A stretch of 64,000 bases of DNA, taken from IMG/VR virus record IMGVR_UViG_3300043446_004437, positions 152,025 to 216,024 of that record; one strand, 5' to 3'. The notes beneath the pieces are model-generated. The model searched no databases. It saw only the letters and a list, made by a program, of their open reading frames with translations, and was not told where the DNA came from. Below are positions 60,966 through 64,000 of this stretch, piece by piece (within the stretch, counting starts at the first letter, position 1; each line of letters starts with the position of its first letter). A program made the position numbers and the translations under genes.

Positions 60966-62072
60966 TTAAAAAGTCACCGTTCCTGTTCCAGCTGTAAAGG
61001 AGTAAATCTTGTAGCCACCCGATGTGGTCTTGGTGTACGTCAAACCAGCACCGATAGTGGAGATGTCGTCACGCGTGTCGGAGTAGCGGATGATGACCAC
61101 ACCCGACCCTCCAGTACCGCCCTGCTGATAACCGCCATTGCTGCCACCGTGACCACCAGCGCCCGTGTTTGCTGAACCAGCACCACCGTTACTGCTTGAT
61201 GCGCCAGCACTACCAGCACCGTTCTGTGCTGCACCACCACCACCTGCTCGCGCAACAGACGAACCAGTAATTGACGAACTTACGCCCGAACCACCAGCAC
61301 CGTTTGGAGCGTTTGCACCAACGCCACCAGCACCACCACCGCCACCACCCTGAGAGTCACCTTGCTCGTTACCACCCGCATAACCCTGATTTGCAGTACC
61401 CGCAGCACCGCCACCCGAACCGCCGAAACCTCCACCCGTAGCGCCACCACCCGAACCACCCGTCGAAGGACGCTTCGGATTGTCACCACCGCCACGACCA
61501 CCACCCGTTGATGTAATCGTTGAAAGCACCGAGTTAGAACCGTTGCTGGAACCAGCACCACCAGCACCAACAGTCACCGTGTAGGAACTGCCAACAGTGA
61601 CAGAAAGCGCGGACTCAGCCGACGCCCCACCACCAGAAGACTCGCCACTTACCGAAGAACGGTATCCTCCAGCGCCACCACCAGCACCTTCAATTGCTCC
61701 TGTTGCACCTTGACCGCCACCACCTCCACCTGCGATAACAAGATATTGCACAGAAAATGTTGGGAGAACCGGTGTAACAGAACCAGACGAAGAAGATGTA
61801 GCCGTTTCACTAGTTGATGAAGTGGCTCTAACTGTAAAAGTATAGGCGGTTCCGTTAGTAAGACCAGTTACAGTAAGAGGAGAAGAAGACCCCGATGCCG
61901 TAAAATTTCCTGGCGATGAAGTCGTAGTATAAGTTACAGAACCAGATTTACCTTTATACGTCGATGCGGTAAAAGTTACTGTCGCCTGTGCGTTACCAGC
62001 GGTAGCCGAAACGCTCGTAGGAGCATCGGGGATCCCCCCGCTGCGAGATGCAAAAATGCCTCTAGCAAACAT
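60966..62072 (-). CDS. FN3 + glycine-rich virion/surface protein, copy B (368 aa)
   Basis: First ~100 aa nearly identical to copy A; different Gly-rich interior; same terminal FTAGTGTVTF. Confidence 0.8.
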   Translation of the reverse strand: MFARGIFASRSGGIPDAPTSVSATAGNAQATVTFTASTYKGKSGSVTYTTTSSPGNFTASGSSSPLTVTGLTNGTAYTFTVRATSSTSETATSSSSGSVTPVLPTFSVQYLVIAGGGGGGQGATGAIEGAGGGAGGYRSSVSGESSGGGASAESALSVTVGSSYTVTVGAGGAGSSNGSNSVLSTITSTGGGRGGGDNPKRPSTGGSGGGATGGGFGGSGGGAAGTANQGYAGGNEQGDSQGGGGGGAGGVGANAPNGAGGSGVSSSITGSSVARAGGGGAAQNGAGSAGASSSNGGAGSANTGAGGHGGSNGGYQQGGTGGSGVVIIRYSDTRDDISTIGAGLTYTKTTSGGYKIYSFTAGTGTVTF

Positions 62073-62137
62073 AATATTTTACCGCCTTTATTTTTGTTTT
62101 AATTAATATAAAATACTTGCAAACTTTACATTTCAAT
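61766..62137. repeat. ~370-bp direct repeat, copy B
   Basis: Direct comparison with 60593-60964. Confidence 0.9.
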
Positions 62138-62148
62138 ATTTTTTAGTT

Positions 62149-62496
62149 CTACTTGCTCACAATCCAAGAAATTGTATCTTCGTCCCATACATATAAATTG
62201 TTTTCATCTTCCGGATAAGGCACTGGTGGAATCCATCTATAATTTTCATCTAGAACCCAAGATAGATACGGTTGTGGCGCAATAAAAACATCATTTTCCT
62301 CGTCATAGAAAAACCCAATTCCAGCATAATTGGCACGAATGTTTCCATTGTAAGAAGTGCGAACACATTTTTGTCCGCGAAAGTTTCCATAATATTCTTC
62401 CCAATCAGAAATTCCGTCGACAACTTCCCATTCGTTGCGACCCGTGATAACCTCGGTCACAATATTATTTTCATCAAGAAATGCGTAGTGTGCCAT
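62149..62496 (-). CDS. conserved small phage protein, MAHYAFLDEN family, copy 1 (115 aa; start corrected)
   Basis: SD AGGAG before ATG 62496; RTSYNGNIRANYAGIG..FIAPQPYLSW; paralogue at 62662-63045. Confidence 0.8.
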   Translation of the reverse strand: MAHYAFLDENNIVTEVITGRNEWEVVDGISDWEEYYGNFRGQKCVRTSYNGNIRANYAGIGFFYDEENDVFIAPQPYLSWVLDENYRWIPPVPYPEDENNLYVWDEDTISWIVSK

Positions 62497-62502
62497 TAGA
62501 AT
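62386..62502. repeat. 117-bp exact direct repeat, copy 1
   Basis: Identical to 62935-63051 (offset 549). Confidence 0.9.
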
Positions 62503-62521
62503 ACTCCTAACTCTAAATATT

Positions 62522-62677
62522 TTACCATTTTCCAAGTGGACACTTAGAAGACTTCATTCTTGTTTTGACTGGCATAAAACACTTGCACACCTTGCACTGT
62601 GCAAGATGTCGATTAAATTTATCACACTCTCTGCACACGGACATGCGTGCTTTTGTTTCGTCTAAACCTGAGTCCAC
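62522..62677 (-). CDS. small Cys-rich putative zinc-binding protein (51 aa; GTG start)
   Basis: SD AAGGAG before GTG 62677; CRECDKF..QCKVCKCFMPVK..CPLGKW. Confidence 0.7.
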   Translation of the reverse strand: MDSGLDETKARMSVCRECDKFNRHLAQCKVCKCFMPVKTRMKSSKCPLGKW

Positions 62678-63045
62678 GAAGAGGCTCCTTCGTCCCAAGT
62701 AAATGAAATACGCCATGAGCGTGCGTCTTCATCCCAATCATACAAATGAGTATCGTCATCTGGGTATGCAATTGGCGCAACCCAATCCAAGTCTTCATTT
62801 AACTCCCACGAAGGAAATGGTGGTGGAAGTATAAACACATCTGTTGCTTCATCATAGCGTGAACCAATTCGAGCAAATGTCTTTCGAATATTCCCATGAA
62901 GAGATGTGCGCTTGCATCGCTGTCCACGCAACTCTCCATAATATTCTTCCCAATCAGAAATTCCGTCGACAACTTCCCATTCGTTGCGACCCGTGATAAC
63001 CTCGGTCACAATATTATTTTCATCAAGAAATGCGTAGTGTGCCAT
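62662..63045 (-). CDS. conserved small phage protein, MAHYAFLDEN family, copy 2 (127 aa)
   Basis: ORF track; TAATG overlap with the stop of copy C Gly-rich gene. Confidence 0.8.
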   Translation of the reverse strand: MAHYAFLDENNIVTEVITGRNEWEVVDGISDWEEYYGELRGQRCKRTSLHGNIRKTFARIGSRYDEATDVFILPPPFPSWELNEDLDWVAPIAYPDDDTHLYDWDEDARSWRISFTWDEGASSWTQV

Positions 63046-63051
63046 TAGAAT
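62935..63051. repeat. 117-bp exact direct repeat, copy 2
   Basis: Identical to 62386-62502. Confidence 0.9.
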
Positions 63052-64000
63052 GTAATCGTTCCTGTTCCTGCTGTAAATTGATAGATACGATATCCGCCAG
63101 TAACGTTTGTTGTATATGTCAAACCAGCACTAATGGTGGTAATTGCTGCTTCGGTATCAACATAACGAAGGGCAACGAATCCAGAACCACCAACGCCAGC
63201 GTATCCAGTTGGCCCACCACAGTCACGACCACCGCCACCGCCACCAGAACCAGTATTGGCAGCCCCAGTTCCGCCCTGACCACCGCATCCGTTGGGCTCA
63301 GTTCCTGCACCACCACCTCCACCGCCAGAGCCACCAGCGCAACCAGAGCAGTTTTGACAGAAGTTGGCTGCGTCGCCCTTACCGCCGCCACCGCCACGGG
63401 TTACAGCAGTTCCGGTAATTGAATTGCTTAGACCATTTCCACCAACACATGAAGTTGCAGCAGAACCAGATCCTCCACCTCCGCCAGATCCAGAACCGTT
63501 ATAGCCTTGTGTAGTAGCGCCACCGGCATTACCGCCAACTCCATAGCTTGCTGGAGAGTTACCAGCAGTTGATGTTACTGTTGCGAGTACAGAGTTGCTT
63601 TGTGCTCCACCGACAGTAACCGTATATGAAGTTCCTCGGCTAAATTGAAGAGCTGAATCAAGAGCACTTCCACCGCCATTTGTTGCTCCAGTTACCGATG
63701 TGCGATATCCACCAGCACCACCGCCACCGGAACCATTACCACCACCATATCCTCCGCCAGCGATAACAAGATATTGTACAGAAACTGTTGGGAGAACCGG
63801 TGTAACAGAACCAGACGAAGAAGACGTAGCCGTTTCACTAGTCGATGATGTAGCTCTAACTGTAAAAGTATAGGCGGTTCCGTTAGTAAGACCAGTTACA
63901 GTAAGAGGAGAAGAAGACCCCGATGCCGTAAAATTTCCTGGCGATGAAGTCGCAGTATAAGTTACAGAACCAGATTTACCTTTATACGTCGATGCGGTAA
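63045..64000 (-). CDS. FN3 + glycine-rich protein, copy C, 5' end beyond window
   Basis: Not in ORF track; hand translation gives an uninterrupted 318-codon frame from 63998 (TASTYKGKSG...) to YQFTAGTGTITF*, with a Cys cluster FCQNCSGC. Confidence 0.8.
   Translation of the reverse strand, partial: TASTYKGKSGSVTYTATSSPGNFTASGSSSPLTVTGLTNGTAYTFTVRATSSTSETATSSSSGSVTPVLPTVSVQYLVIAGGGYGGGNGSGGGGAGGYRTSVTGATNGGGSALDSALQFSRGTSYTVTVGGAQSNSVLATVTSTAGNSPASYGVGGNAGGATTQGYNGSGSGGGGGSGSAATSCVGGNGLSNSITGTAVTRGGGGGKGDAANFCQNCSGCAGGSGGGGGGAGTEPNGCGGQGGTGAANTGSGGGGGGRDCGGPTGYAGVGGSGFVALRYVDTEAAITTISAGLTYTTNVTGGYRIYQFTAGTGTITF
63794..64000. repeat. partial third copy of the FN3 repeat
   Basis: Matches copies A and B up to the window end. 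Confidence 0.85.

Noticed and set aside
348-63422. All plus-strand ORFs in the track
   Set aside because: Short antisense shadows of long minus-strand genes, with no motifs, SD or operon context; the Pro-rich ones near 59953-63422 are simply the reverse of Gly codons.
1-64000. Stop-codon reassignment, as seen in some large phages
   Set aside because: Coding density is near complete under the standard code and TAA, TAG (1720) and TGA (5535, 23908, 43848) all end genes; the two gene breaks are frame changes, not read-through.
1-64000. tRNA genes, CRISPR arrays, rRNA, transposases
   Set aside because: Intergenic gaps are mostly under 105 nt, with no cloverleaf, spaced repeats or mobile-element motifs seen.
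59829-64000. Diversity-generating retroelement explanation for the repeats
   Set aside because: No reverse transcriptase in the window; differences are not adenine-specific and the repeated part is the constant 5' domain, not a variable 3' end.

Overview
A 64 kb piece of an AT-rich (roughly 30% GC by eye) large tailed dsDNA phage with a contractile tail. Every credible gene is on the minus strand, is densely packed and uses the standard bacterial code. In transcription order (right to left): three FN3 + glycine-rich cassette genes with small partner genes; neck/head-tail genes; two sheath paralogues; a tail terminator-like gene; three tube paralogues; two chaperone paralogues; a 2193-aa tape measure protein; a ~1611-aa protein split by a +1 frameshift; a 3817-aa baseplate hub with a C-terminal thermonuclease-like domain; an M15+SLT wall hydrolase; a split spike; gp25-like and baseplate-J genes; a metallophosphoesterase; a frameshifted ~1612-aa wedge/fibre protein rich in [A/S]-T-P motifs; more baseplate/fibre genes; and the start of a DNA-metabolism block (probable class II ribonucleotide reductase). 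The main discovery candidate is the ~1611-aa protein (39015-43851). It carries, in order, motifs resembling single-chain two-barrel RNA polymerases (YonO / eukaryotic RdRP type) with an unusual GGFDLDD catalytic loop, overlaps the tape measure stop codon and has a C-terminal hydrophobic segment, so it may be a virion-ejected or tail-operon-encoded RNA polymerase. All family calls come from motifs recognised by eye; no database search was run.
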